Below, in pieces: positions 48,326 to 61,386 of a stretch of DNA of 64,000 nucleotides. Both the position numbers and the translations under genes were made by a program. The notes below the pieces were generated by a model. The model saw only the letters and a program-made list of their open reading frames with translations, searched no databases and had not been told where the DNA came from. Within the stretch, counting starts at the first letter, position 1; each line of letters starts with the position of its first letter. Origin of the DNA: Phyllobates terribilis (taxonomy: Eukaryota); the NCBI RefSeq assembly GCF_046119375.1, contig NW_027362767.1:246884001-246948000 (forward strand), written 5' to 3'.

Positions 48326-49838
48326 CAGTAGTGTTCAAAATAATAGCAGTGTGTTCAAAAACATGAGTTAAGCACAAAATCTTTATATTAGTTTTTATTC
48401 CCATGCATAGAGTCAACCAACTTCTAGCAGTGTCTGCATTTTTCTTTACAAACTCACAATATGTCTGTTTTTTTTGAGAACTTAGCATTCCTGTGAATCC
48501 CTAACCTAATATTTAGTTGTTACCCACAGTTTTTTAGAACTGCTTCACATCTATGTTGCATAGAGTCAACCAACTTCTGGCACCTAACAACTGTTATTCC
48601 AGCCCAGGATTCTTTGACTATATCCCACAATTTTTTGGCATTTCTTGTTTTTGCCTCAGAAACTGCATTTTTTATGTCACCCCACAAGTGTTCTATCAGA
48701 TTAAAGGCCGGGGATTGGGCTGGCCACTCCATAACCTAAATTTTGTTGGACTGGAACCAAGGTTTTGCTCATTTATTGGTGTGTTTAGGGTCGTTGTCTT
48801 GTTGAAACACCCATTTCAAGGGCATATCCTCTTCAGCGTAAGGCAACATGACCTCGTCCAGTATTTTAATATATGCTAACTGGTCCATGATCCCTGGTAT
48901 ATGGTAAATAGGTCCGGCACCATAGTAAGATAAACATGCTCATATCATGATGCTTGCACCACCATGCTTCACTGTCTTCAGAGTGTACTGTGGCTTGGAT
49001 GCAGAGTTTTGGGGTTGTGTGATGAACTGTCTGTGGCCCTTGGACCCAAAAAGAACAATTTTACTTTCATCAGTCCACAAAATGTTTCTCCATTTCTCTT
49101 TAGGCCAGTTGATGTGTTCTTTGGCAAATTGTATCCAATTCAGTACATGTCTTTTTTTGACAGTGGGTCTTTGCGGGGACTTCTTTCTAAGAGATTAGCT
49201 TCACACAGGCATCTTCTAACTGTCACAGTACTCACAGGTAACTTGAGACTGTCTTTGATCATCCTGGAGCTGATCATTGACTGAGCCTTTGCCATTCTGG
49301 CTATTCTTCCATCCATTCGAATGGTAGTCTTCCATTTTCTTCCACATCTCTCTGATTTTGCTTTCCATTTTAAAGCATTGGAGAACCTTTTAGCTGAACG
49401 GCCTATCATTGTCTGCACTTCTTTATAAGTTTTACCCTCTCCAATAAACTTTTTAATCAAAGTACGCTGTTCTTCTGAACAATGTCTCAAAAGACCTATA
49501 TTTCTTAGGCTTTCAAGGAGAAATGCATGTACAACATGTGCTGGCTTCAACCTTAAATAAGGACCACCTGGTTCACACCTGTTTCCTCACAGAATGATTG
49601 ACCTCACTAATTGAACTCCACACTGCTATTATTTTGAACACATCTCCTTTCAATTAATTATTCAAATACACAGACTCAAGAACCTGCAGATCATGAATGC
49701 TGAGTCTGGTGGTTTTCTGAGAATCGACTGCACCAACTGGTAAATTGTTTGACATGTGGTGATATACAGTAATTCATAACAAAAACAATGATTAATCTGG
49801 TTAGTCATAGTGGACTGGTATTATTTTGAACACTACTG
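48326..49838 (-). mobile_element. Tc1 element, degraded transposase
   Basis: TA-flanked TIRs CAGTAGTGTTCAAAATAATA. Minus-strand fragments WPAQSP.FNLIEHLW and an N-terminal HTH (GKTYKEV...GRS). Confidence 0.9.
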
Positions 49839-50128
49839 TACGGCATAAGCATAAATCATATCCATAGGGTTCTATAGATTTGACCAAGGTTATAAGAGTG
49901 CGTATTTTTTTTGGCCATATATTGTATTGTATACAAAAGTGATGTGGACCCTATGAGCAATGTATGTTTATATGGTGGAATATATTGGGAAATGTTCTCC
50001 AAATATACTGCAGTGTCTGGTACAAAGACTACATTTCCCAGAATACAATTGACCTGAAAAATGGCAAGCTGCGCTGGGAGATTTCAGCTCTGAAGCCTGC
50101 AAAATTGCAAGTGCTGTCCTAGAATATA

Positions 50129-51699
50129 CACTGCTCAAAAAAATAAAGGGAACACTTAAACAACACAATGTAACTCCAAGTCAGTAACACTTCTGTGAAA
50201 TCTACCTGTCCAGTTATGAAGCAACACTGATTGTGAATCAATTTCTCCTGCTGTTGTGCAAATGGAACAGACAACTAGTAGAAATGATCGGCAATTAGCA
50301 AGATACCCCCTATAAAGGAGTGGTTCTGCAGGTGGTGACCACAGACCATTTCTCTGCTCTCATCCTTTTTGGCTGTTGTTTTGGTCACTTTTTCATTTTG
50401 CCATTGCTCGCACCCCTAGAGGTACAGTAGCATGAGGCGGTGTCTACAGTACAACCCACAGAAGTAGCTCAGGTAGTGCAGTTCATCCATGATGGCACAT
50501 CAGTGCGAGTTGAGTCAAGAAGGGTAGCTGTGCTGTCAGCACAGTGTCCAGAGCATGGAGCAGATACCAGGAGATGTGGAGGGAGCCATAGGAGGGCAAC
50601 AACCCAGCAGCAGGACCGCTACCTCCGCCTTTGTGCAAGGAGGTATAGGAGGAGCACTGCCAGAGCCCTGCAAAATGACCTCCAGCAGGCCACAAATGTG
50701 CATGTGTCTGCACAAACGGTTAGAAACCGACTCCATGAGGGTGGTATGAGGGCCCGACGTCCACAGATGGGGGTTGTGCTCACAGCCCAACACCGTGCAG
50801 GATGCTTGGCATTTGCCACAGAACACCAGGATTGGCAAAGTCGCCACTGGCGCCCCGTGCTCTTCACAGATGAAAGCAGGTTCACACTGAGCACATGTGA
50901 CAGACGTGACAGAGTCTGGAGACGCCGTGGAGAGCGATCTGCTTCCTACAACATCATTCAGCATGACCGGTTTGGCAGTGGGTCAGTAATGGTGTGGGGT
51001 GGCATTTCTTTGGAGGGCCACACAGCTCTCCATGTGCTCGCCAGAGGTAGCCTGACTGCCATTAGATACCGAGATGAGATCCTCAGACCCCTTGTGAGAT
51101 CATATGCTTGTGCAGTTGGCCCTGGGTTCCTCCTAATGCAGGACAATGCCAGACCTCATGTGGCTGGAGAGTGTCAGCAGTTCCTGCAAGATGAAGGCAT
51201 TGAAGCTATGGACTGGCCCGCCCGTTCCCCAGACCTGAATCCGATTGAGCACATCTGGGACATCATGTCTCGCTCCATCCACCAACGTCACGTTGCACTA
51301 CAGACTTTCCAGGAGTTGGCGGATGCTTTACTCCAGGTCTAGGAGGAGATCCCACAGGAGACCATCCGAAACCTCATCAGGAGCATGCCCAGGCGTTGTA
51401 GGGAGGTCATACAGGCACGTGGAGGCCACACACAATACTGAGCCTCATTTTGACTTGTTTTAAGGACATTACATCAAAGTTGGATCAGCCTGTAGTGTGT
51501 TTTTCCACTTTAATTTTGGGGGTGACTCCAAATCCAGGCCTCCATTAGTTAATAAATGTGATTTCCATTGATGATTTTTGTGTGATTTTGTTGTCAGCAC
51601 ATTCAACTTTGTACAGAACAAAGTATTCAATGAGAATATTTCACTCATTCAGATCTAGGATGTGTTATTTGGGTGTTCCCATTATTTTTTTGAGCAGTG
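50129..51699 (+). mobile_element. Tc1 element, near full-length, DD34E transposase with 5' frameshifts and a premature TAG at about 51340
   Basis: TA-flanked TIRs CACTGCTCAAAAAAATAA.GGGAACAC. Motifs FTDESRF, QDNARPH and [12 protein letters not shown]. Confidence 0.95.
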
Positions 51700-51757
51700 T
51701 ATAATTAACAAGAAAAAGACAGGGCACACATATCTATATATATAATTGTCTTATCCC

Positions 51758-51800
<43 letters not shown>

Positions 51801-54800
51801 CAGGAAATCCCGCGCCGCTCATTGGTCCGGCAGCGGCCAATCAGCGCCGCGGGATTTCTGAAAAAAGATGGCGGCCGTTAGCGGCTCATCTGCGGGACGG
51901 AGCTGAGCGGCGATGCAGCTGGGAGATGAGCGCCGCGAGGCGCTCATCTCCCGGCCGGCAACAGCAGAAGGAACCCGACCGCCGGACCCATCTGCGGGAC
52001 GGAGATGCAGCCGGGAGATGAGCGGCGCGAGGCGCTCATCTCCCGGCCGGTATCAGCGGAAGGACCGCCGGCGCCGCTGACCTCCATGTGGAAGGGAGGA
52101 CCGGGGAGTGGCGCTGCGGGTCGGGATTCTTCTGCTGCGAGCACCCGCTATGTCCCGGGTTCTCGCAGCGTAAGTTCCCGCACAGGCAGCGCCGCTCCCC
52201 GGTCCTCACCAAGACGATTCGATGATTGGTCGCGGTCTTCGGACCCGACCAATCACTGATCTTAGCGCAAAACTTAAACACCGCTGTGCTGATTGGTCGC
52301 CGACGCTGCCCGTGACCAATCACGGATTTGGGCGCCACATTTAAATATCGGCCGCGAACAATCAGCACAGCGGTGTTTAAATGTGGAGCCAAGATCGGTG
52401 ATTGGTCGCGGCCGATATTTAAATTTGGCGCCCAAATCGGTGATTGGTCGCGGGCAGCGTCCGCGACCAATCAGCACAGTAGTGTTTAACTTTGGCCGCA
52501 AGATCAGTGATTGGTCGCGGGCCAAGTCCGCGACCAATTAACGATTTGTGCGGCACATTTAAATAGCGGCCGCGACCAATTGGACCCGCAGCGCCGCTCC
52601 CCGGTCCTCCCTTCACGCCCTAGCCGCATGGATGTCAGCGGCGCTGCCTGTGCGGATACTTCCGCTGCGAGAACCCGGGACATGAGCGGGCGCTCGCAGC
52701 AGAAGTATCCCGACCCGCAGTGCCGCTCCCCGGTCCTCACTCCACACCCTAGCCGCTGATGTCCCCATAGTATCCGCATGGTGTTACAAGGTCCGGACAT
52801 TTGTGTTAAAAATCACCGATTTGGGCGCCAAATTTAAATATCGGCCGCGACCAATCACCGATCTTGGCTCCACATTTCAACACCGCTGCACTGATTGGTC
52901 GTGGACGCTATTTAAATGTGGCGCCAAAATCGGTGATTGGTGGCGCCCAGCGTCAGCAACCAATCTGCACAGCGGTTTTTAAATGTGGAGCCAAGATCCG
53001 TGATTGGTCGCCGCCGATATTTAAATTTGGCGCCCAAATCGGTGATTGCTCGCGGGCAGCGCCTGCGACCAATTAGCGATTTTTAACACAAATGTCCGGA
53101 TCTTTGTAACACCATGCTGATACTGTGGGGACATCAGCGGCTAGGGTGTGAAGGGAGGACCGGGGAGCGGCGTTGCGGGTCCGGATACTTCTGCTGCGAG
53201 CGCCCGGTCATGTCCCGGCTTCTCGGAGCGGAAGTATCCGCACAGGCAGCGCCGCTGACATCCATGCGGCTAGCGTGTGTAGGGAGGACCGGGGAGCGGC
53301 GCTGCGGGTCCGGATACTTCTGCTGCGAGCGCCCGCTCATGTCCCGGCTTCTCGGAGCGGAAGTAGCCGCACAGGCAGCACATGTGACAGACATGACAAA
53401 GTCTGGAGACGCCGTGGAGAGCGATCTGCTGCCTACAACATCATTCAGCATGACCGGTTTGGCAGTGGGTCAGTAATGGTGTGGGGTGGCATTTCTTTGG
53501 AGGGCCACACAGCTCTCCATGTGCTCGCCAGAGGTAACCTGACTGCCATTAGATACCGAGATGAGATCCTCAGACCCCTTGTGAGATCATATGCTTGTGC
53601 GGTTGGCCCTGGGTTCCTCCTAATGCAGGACAATGCCAGACCTCATGTGGCTGGAGTGTGTCAGCAGTTCCTGCAAGATGAAGGCATTGAAGCTATGGAC
53701 TGACCTGCCCGTTCCCCAGACCTGAATCCGATTGAGCACATCTGGGACATCATGTCTTGCTCCATCCACCAACGTCACGTTGCACCACAGACTGTCCAGG
53801 AGTTGGCGGATGCTTTACTCCAGGTCTAGGAGGAGATCCCACAGGAGACCATCCGAAACCTCATCAGGAGCATGCCCAGGCGTTGTAGGGAGGTCATACA
53901 GGCACGTGGAGGCCACACACAATACTGAGACTCATTTTGACTTGTTTTAAGGACATTACAGCAAAGTTGGATCAACCTGTAGTGTGTTTTTCCACTTTAA
54001 TTTTGGGGGTGACTCCAAATCCAGGCCTCCATTAGTTAATAAATGTGATTTCCATTGATGATTTTTGTGTGATTTTGTTGTCAGCACATTCAACTTTGTA
54101 CAGAACAAAGTATTCAATGAGAATATTTCACTCATTCAGATCTAGGATGTGTTATTTGGGTGTTCCCATTATTTTTTTGAGCAGTGTATAATTAACAAGA
54201 AAAAGACAGGGCACACATATCTATATATATAATCGTCTTATCCCGTCTGTTTGTCTGTCTATCTGTCTGTCTGTCTGTCTGTCTGTCCAGGAAATCCCGC
54301 GTCGCTCATTGGTCCGGCAGCGGCCAATCAGCGCCGCGGGATTTCTGAAAAAAGATGGCGGCCGTTAGCGGCTCATCTGCGGGACGGAGCTGAGCGGCGA
54401 TGCAGCCGGGAGATGAGCGCCGCGATTCGCTCATCTCCCGGCCGGCAACAGCAGAAGGAACCCGACCGCCAGACCCATCTGCGGGACGGAGATGCAGCCG
54501 GGAGATGAGCGGCGCGAGGCGCTCATCTCCCGGCCGGTATCAGCGGAAGGACCGCCGGCCCGCTGACCTCCATGCGGAAGGGAGGACCGGGGAGCGGCGC
54601 TGCGGGTCGGGATTCTTCTGCTGCGAGCACCCGCTATGTCCCGGGTTCTCGCAGCGTAAGTTCCCGCACAGGCAGCGCCGCTCCCCGGTCCTCACCAAGA
54701 CGATTCGATGATTGGTCGCGGTCTTCGGACCCGACCAATCACTGATCTTAGCGCAAAACTTAAACACCGCTGTGCTGATTGGTCGCCGACGCTGCCCGTG

Positions 54801-57800
54801 ACCAATCACGGATTTGGGCGCCACATTTAAATATCGGCCGCGAACAATCAGCACAGCGGTGTTTAAATGTGGAGCCAAGATCGGTGATTGGTCGCGGCCG
54901 ATATTTAAATTTGGCGCCCAAATCGGTGATTGGTCGCGGGCAGCGTCCGCGACCAATCAGCACAGTAGTGTTTAACTTTGGCCGCAAGATCAGTGATTGG
55001 TCGCGGGCCAAGTCCGCGACCAATTAACGATTTGTGCGGCACATTTAAATAGCGGCCGCGACCAATTGGACCCGCAGCGCCGCTCCCCGGTCCTCCCTTC
55101 ACGCCCTAGCCGCATGGATGTCAGCGGCGCTGCCTGTGCGGATACTTCCGCTGCGAGAACCCGGGACATGAGCGGGCGCTCGCAGCAGAAGTATCCCGAC
55201 CCGCAGTGCCGCTCCCCGGTCCTCACTCCACACCCTAGCCGCTGATGTCCCCATAGTATCCGCATGGTGTTACAAGGTCCGGACATTTGTGTTAAAAATC
55301 ACCGATTTGGGCGCCAAATTTAAATATCGGCCGCGACCAATCACCGATCTTGGCTCCACATTTCAACACCGCTGCACTGATTGGTCGTGGACGCTATTTA
55401 AATGTGGCGCCAAAATCGGTGATTGGTGGCGCCCAGCGTCAGCAACCAATCTGCACAGCGGTTTTTAAATGTGGAGCCAAGATCCGTGATTGGTCGCCGC
55501 CGATATTTAAATTTGGCGCCCAAATCGGTGATTGCTCGCGGGCAGCGCCTGCGACCAATTAGCGATTTTTAACACAAATGTCCGGATCTTTGTAACACCA
55601 TGCTGATACTGTGGGGACATCAGCGGCTAGGGTGTGAAGGGAGGACCGGGGAGCGGCGTTGCGGGTCCGGATACTTCTGCTGCGAGCGCCCGGTCATGTC
55701 CCGGCTTCTCGGAGCGGAAGTATCCGCACAGGCAGCGCCGCTGACATCCATGCGGCTAGCGTGTGTAGGGAGGACCGGGGAGCGGCGCTGCGGGTCCGGA
55801 TACTTCTGCTGCGAGCGCCCGCTCATGTCCCGGCTTCTCGGAGCGGAAGTAGCCGCACAGGCAGCACATGTGACAGACATGACAAAGTCTGGAGACGCCG
55901 TGGAGAGCGATCTGCTGCCTACAACATCATTCAGCATGACCGGTTTGGCAGTGGGTCAGTAATGGTGTGGGGTGGCATTTCTTTGGAGGGCCACACAGCT
56001 CTCCATGTGCTCGCCAGAGGTAGCCTGACTGCCATTAGATACCGAGATGAGATCCTCAGACCCCTTGTGAGATCATATGCTTGTGCGGTTGGCCCTGGGT
56101 TCCTCCTAATGCAGGACAATGCCAGACCTCATGTGGCTGGAGTGTGTCAGCAGTTCCTGCAAGATGAAGGCATTGAAGCTATGGACTGACCTGCCCGTTC
56201 CCCAGACCTGAATCCGATTGAGCACATCTGGGACATCATGTCTTGCTCCATCCACCAACGTCACGTTGCACCACAGACTGTCCAGGAGTTGGCGGATGCT
56301 TTACTCCAGGTCTAGGAGGAGATCCCACAGGAGACCATCCGAAACCTCATCAGGAGCATGCCCAGGCGTTGTAGGGAGGTCATACAGGCACGTGGAGGCC
56401 ACACACAATACTGAGACTCATTTTGACTTGTTTTAAGGACATTACAGCAAAGTTGGATCAACCTGTAGTGTGTTTTTCCACTTTAATTTTGGGGGTGACT
56501 CCAAATCCAGGCCTCCATTAGTTAATAAATGTGATTTCCATTGATGATTTTTGTGTGATTTTGTTGTCAGAACATTCAACTTTGTACAGAACAAAGTATT
56601 CAATGAGAATATTTCACTCATTCAGATCTAGGATGTGTTATTTGGGTGTTCCCATTATTTTTTTGAGCAGTGTATAATTAACAAGAAAAAGACAGGGCAC
56701 ACATATCTATATATATAATCGTCTTATCCCGTCTGTTTGTCTGTCTATCTGTCTGTCTGTCTGTCTGTCTGTCCAGGAAATCCCGCGTCGCTCATTGGTC
56801 CGGCAGCGGCCAATCAGCGCCGCGGGATTTCTGAAAAAAGATGGCGGCCGTTAGCGGCTCATCTGCGGGACGGAGCTGAGCGGCGATGCAGCCGGGAGAT
56901 GAGCGCCGCGATTCGCTCATCTCCCGGCCGGCAACAGCAGAAGGAACCCGACCGCCAGACCCATCTGCGGGACGGAGATGCAGCCGGGAGATGAGCGGCG
57001 CGAGGCGCTCATCTCCCGGCCGGTATCAGCGGAAGGACCGCCGGCCCGCTGACCTCCATGCGGAAGGGAGGACCGGGGAGCGGCGCTGCGGGTTGGGATA
57101 CTTCTGCTGCGAGCGCCCGCTATGTCACGGGTTCTCGCAGCGTAAGTACCCGCACAGGCAGCGCCGCTCCCCGGTCCTCACCAAGACGATTCGATGATTG
57201 GTCGCGGTCTTCGGACCCGACCAATCACTGATCTTAGCGCAAAACTTAAACACCACTGTGCTGATTGGTCGCCGACGCTGCCCGCGACCAATCACGGATT
57301 TGGGCGCCACATTTAAATATTGGCCGCGAACAATCAGCACAGCGGTGTTTAAATGTGGAGCCAAGATCGGTGATTGGTCGCGGCCGATATTTAAATTTGG
57401 CGCCCAAGTAGTGTTTAACTTTGGCCGCAAGACCAGTGATTGGTCGCGGGCCAAGTCCGCGACCAATCAACGATTTGTGCGGCACATTTAAATAGCGGCC
57501 GCGACCAATTGGACCCGCAGCGCCGCTCTCCAGTCCTCCCTTCACGCCCTAGCCGCATGGATGTCAGCGGCGCTGCCTGTGCGGATACTTCCGCTGCGAG
57601 AACCCGGGACATGAGCGGGCGCTCGCAGAAGTATCCCGACCCGCAGCGCCGCTCCCCGGTCCTCCCTTCACACCCTAGCCGCTGATGTCCCCACAGTATC
57701 TGCATGGTGTTACAAAGGTCCGGACATTTGTGTTAAAAATCGCAGATTGGTCGCGGGCGCTGCCCGCGACCAATCACCGATTTGGGCGCCAAATTTAAAT

Positions 57801-59140
57801 ATCGGCCGCGACCAATCACCGATCTTGGCTCCACATTTAAACACCGCTGTACTGATTGGTCGCGGACGCTATTTAAATGTGCCGCCCAAATCGGTGATTG
57901 GTCGCGCACAGCGTCGGCGACCAATCAGCACAGCGGTGTTTAACTTTAGCGCCAAGATCACTGATTGGTCGCGTGCGGAGAGCGCGACCAATCAGCGAAT
58001 CGTATTGGTGAGGAGCGGGGAGCAGAATCGTATTAGTGAGGACCGGGGAACACCGCTGCCTGTGCGGATACTTCCACTCAGAGAAGCCGCATGGTGTTAC
58101 AAAGATCCGGACATTTGTGTTAAAAATCGCTGATTGGTCGCTGGCGCTGCCCGCGACCAATCACCGATTTGGGCGCCAAATTTAAATATCGGCCGCGACC
58201 AATCAGCACAGCGGTGTTTAAATCTGGAGCCAAGATCGGTGATTGGTCGCGGCCGATATTTAAATTTGGCGCCCAAATCGGTGATTGGTCGCTGCCAGCG
58301 ACCAATCAGCTATTTTTAACACAATGTCCGGACCTTTGTAGCACCATGCGGATACTGTGGGGACATCAGCGGCTAGGGTGTGAAGGGAGGACCGGGGAGC
58401 GGCGCTGCCTGTGTGGATACTTCTGCTGCGAGAACCAGGTACATGAGCGGCCGCTCGCAGCAGAAGTATCCCGACACGCAACGCCGCTCCCCGGTCCTCC
58501 CTTCACACCCTAGCCGCTGATGTCCCCATAGTATCCGCATGGTGTTACAAGGTCCGGACATTTGTGTTAAAAATCACCGATTTGGTCGCCAAATTTAAAT
58601 ATCGGCCGCGACCAATCACCGATCTTGGCTCCACATTTCAACACCGCTGTACTGATTGGTCGCGGACGCTATTTAAATGTGGCGCCAAAATCGGTGATTG
58701 GTGGCGCCCAGCGTCGGCGACCAATCTGCACAGCGGTTTTTAAATGTGGAGCCAAGATCCGTGATTGGTCGCCGCCGATATTTAAATTTGGCGCCCAAAT
58801 CGGTGATTGGTCGCGGGCAGAGCCTGCGACCAATTAGCGATTTTTAACACAAATGTCCGGATCTTTGTAACACCATGCTGATACTGTGGGGACATCAGCG
58901 GCTAGGGTGTGAAGGGAGGACCGGGGAGCGGCGTTGCGGGTCCGGATACTTCTGCTGCGAGCGCCCGGTCATGTCCCGGCTTCTCGGAGCGGAAGTATCC
59001 GCACAGGCAGCGCCGCTGACATCCATGCGGCTAGCGTGTGTAGGGAGGACCGGGGAGTGGCGCTGCGGGTCCGGATACTTCTGCTGCAAGCGCCCGCTCA
59101 TGTCCCGGCTTCTCGGAGCGGAAGTAGCCGCACAAGCAGC
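50890..59140 (+). repeat. Tandem triplication, about 2486-bp period (Tc1 3' half + Helitron 5' part)
   Basis: Units start at 50890, 53377 and 55863. Tc1 right TIRs end at 51699, 54186 and 56672. Identical ORF pairs are offset by 2486 (e.g. 52274/54760, 53114/55600). Confidence 0.93.
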
Positions 59141-60127
59141 CGCTCCCCGGTCCTCACCAATACGATACGCTGATTGGTCGCGCCCTCCCGACGCGACCAA
59201 TCAGAGATTTGAACGCTGAATTCAAACACACTGTCCGCTGCTTAGTAACACGGCGCGCGACATTTAAAACCTGCTTCTATGATTGGTCGCGGACGCCGCC
59301 CGCGACCAATCACAGATTTCCACGCCAAATTTAAACACGCTCTCCGGCCAATTACCGCAACATTTCAAATATCTACGCCACGTACGGGAGATAGCACGGC
59401 TAACTCCGCCCATGTGGTCATGTGACTCACAAAATTGCTCATAACGTACTGAGCAGGTTTTCTCTGTCACACTGTGCGAGGGACTTCAGTCAGACTGTGC
59501 GAGGGACTTCAGTCAGACTGTGCGAGGGACTTCTGTCACACTGTGCGAGGGACTTCTGTCACACTGTGCGAGGGACTTCAGTCACACTGTGCGAGGGACT
59601 TCTGTCACACTGTGCGAGGGACTTCAGTCACACTGTGCGAGGGACTTCTGTCACACTGTGCGAGGGACTTCTGTCACACTGTGCGAGGGACTTCAGTCAC
59701 ACTGTGCGAGGGACTTCGATTAGAGGAATGAGGCAGCCATACAAACCACATTGACAGACCGCGCTGTGGATGCTGGATGTGACACGATGACGGATAACCC
59801 CGGCCACAGCCCATCATTCACTGTGGTGCGCGGAACAGCAGACCCCTGGCTGCAGCCGCAAATAGTTGTGATGTAAACTGAAGCAACATACGGCTGCAGG
59901 CGGGAGAATTAGGTGCTGGCTGTGCGTCGTCAGCGATGTTGTCACAAGCAGGATTGACAACATGACGTAATGACAAAATTCATTAGGGTCACCGAGGGGA
60001 TACATTGTGAAGTTAATTAAAAGTAGTGCACAACCCATTTAAACACTGCTTCGCTGCTTAGTGGCGCCCGGTCAGCCGCATGCATATTCTAGATTACCCG
60101 ATGCATTAGAATCGGGCCACCATCTAG
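56706..60127 (+). mobile_element. Non-autonomous Helitron (complete copy; 3'-truncated copies start at 51733 and 54220)
   Basis: A|TC 5' end (TCTATATATATAA) followed by (TCTG)n. 3' hairpin CCCGAT-gcattaga-ATCGGG, then CCACCATCTAG|T. Inserted in an AT dinucleotide with no TSD. Confidence 0.85.
59464..59716 (+). repeat. 23-bp minisatellite, 11 copies, inside the Helitron
   Basis: Unit C(T/A)GTCA(C/G)ACTGTGCGAGGGACTT. Confidence 0.95.
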
Positions 60128-61386
60128 TGTATTATTTTGGGCTGGGAACATATCTCGTCAGTATGGTATTACCCCACAATGTATCATAACAGTGTTCATG
60201 GTGATGTACTCCTATGTACGGTAATCATTAAACAACAGGAAAAGAAATGGAGTAAACTAAGAACACCCAAAGGAATAGAATAGAACTGAAAACACATACA
60301 AATGGAATACGTTATTGATAAGTATAAAAATAATTAATACAATATATATCTATAAGGAGGTCATAATAAACAATAACACAAGTGATAAACAGGAAGGGAA
60401 TCATCTCCAAAAAGTTGTGTGAGAAGGTGGTGATTACTGCAATTAGAATACCGATATGCACATAATTATTTGTATCGGATATATGTATAGTATACATAGT
60501 ATAAATGAATCAACAATGTATATAAAAAAATCCATAGAAAGAAATACATACATCCTGTTACTACCAACTGAGAAGACATGCATATAGTAATTAGGCAAAA
60601 TCATTCATCATAGGGAAATAGTCAAAATGGCAAGTGCATGAGAGATGTATATAACGTGTCTGAGTAATGCAGGTGGAATAGATCTGTCATGCAATGTCTA
60701 TAAAGTCATGCAGGGCTTGTGTCAACAAAATGGATATACAGTGGGTACGGAAAGTATTCAGCCCCCTTAAATATTTCACTCTTTGTTTCATTGCAGCCAT
60801 TTGGTAAATTCTAAAAAGTTCATTTTTCTCTCATTAAAGTACACTCTGCACCCCATCTTGACTGAAAAAAAAAATGTAGAAATATTTGGAAATTTATTAA
60901 AAAATAAAAACTGAAATATCACATGGTCATAAGTATTCAGACCCTTTGCTCAGTATTGAGTAGAAGCCCCTTTTGAGCTAGTACAGCCATGAGTCTTCTT
61001 GGGAATGATGCCACAAGTTTTTCACACCTGGATTTGGGGATCCTCTGCCGTTCTTCCTTGCAGATCCTCTCCAGTTCCGTCAGGTTGGATGGTGAATGTT
61101 GGTGGACAGCCATTTTCAGGTCTCTCCAGAGATGATCAATTGGATTTAAGTCCGGGCTCTGGCTGGGCCAGTCAAGAATGGTCACAGAGTTGTTCTGAAG
61201 CCACTCCTTTGTTATTTTAGCTGTGTGCTTAGGGTCATTGTCTTGTTGGAAAGTGAACCTTCGGCCAAGTCTGAGGTCCAGAGCACTCTGGAAGAGGTTT
61301 TCATCCAGGATATCGCTGTACTTGGCCACATTCATGTTTCTTTCAATTGCAACCAGTCATCCTGTCCCTGCAGCTGAAAAACACCC

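Noticed and set aside
50890-59140. Rolling-circle Helitron concatemer as the cause of the triplication
   Set aside because: The units lack the Helitron 3' hairpin and CTAG and include upstream Tc1 flank joined by microhomology. A head-to-tail TC...CTAG junction is not seen.
51746-59400. Many overlapping ORFs and palindromic repeats resembling a CRISPR array or repeat protein
   Set aside because: The intervening sequences are themselves repeated (no unique spacers), there are no cas genes, and the context is eukaryotic. The ORFs reflect GC-rich repeats inside a Helitron.
59464-59716. 23-bp direct repeats as a CRISPR array
   Set aside because: The units abut with no spacers, so this is a minisatellite.
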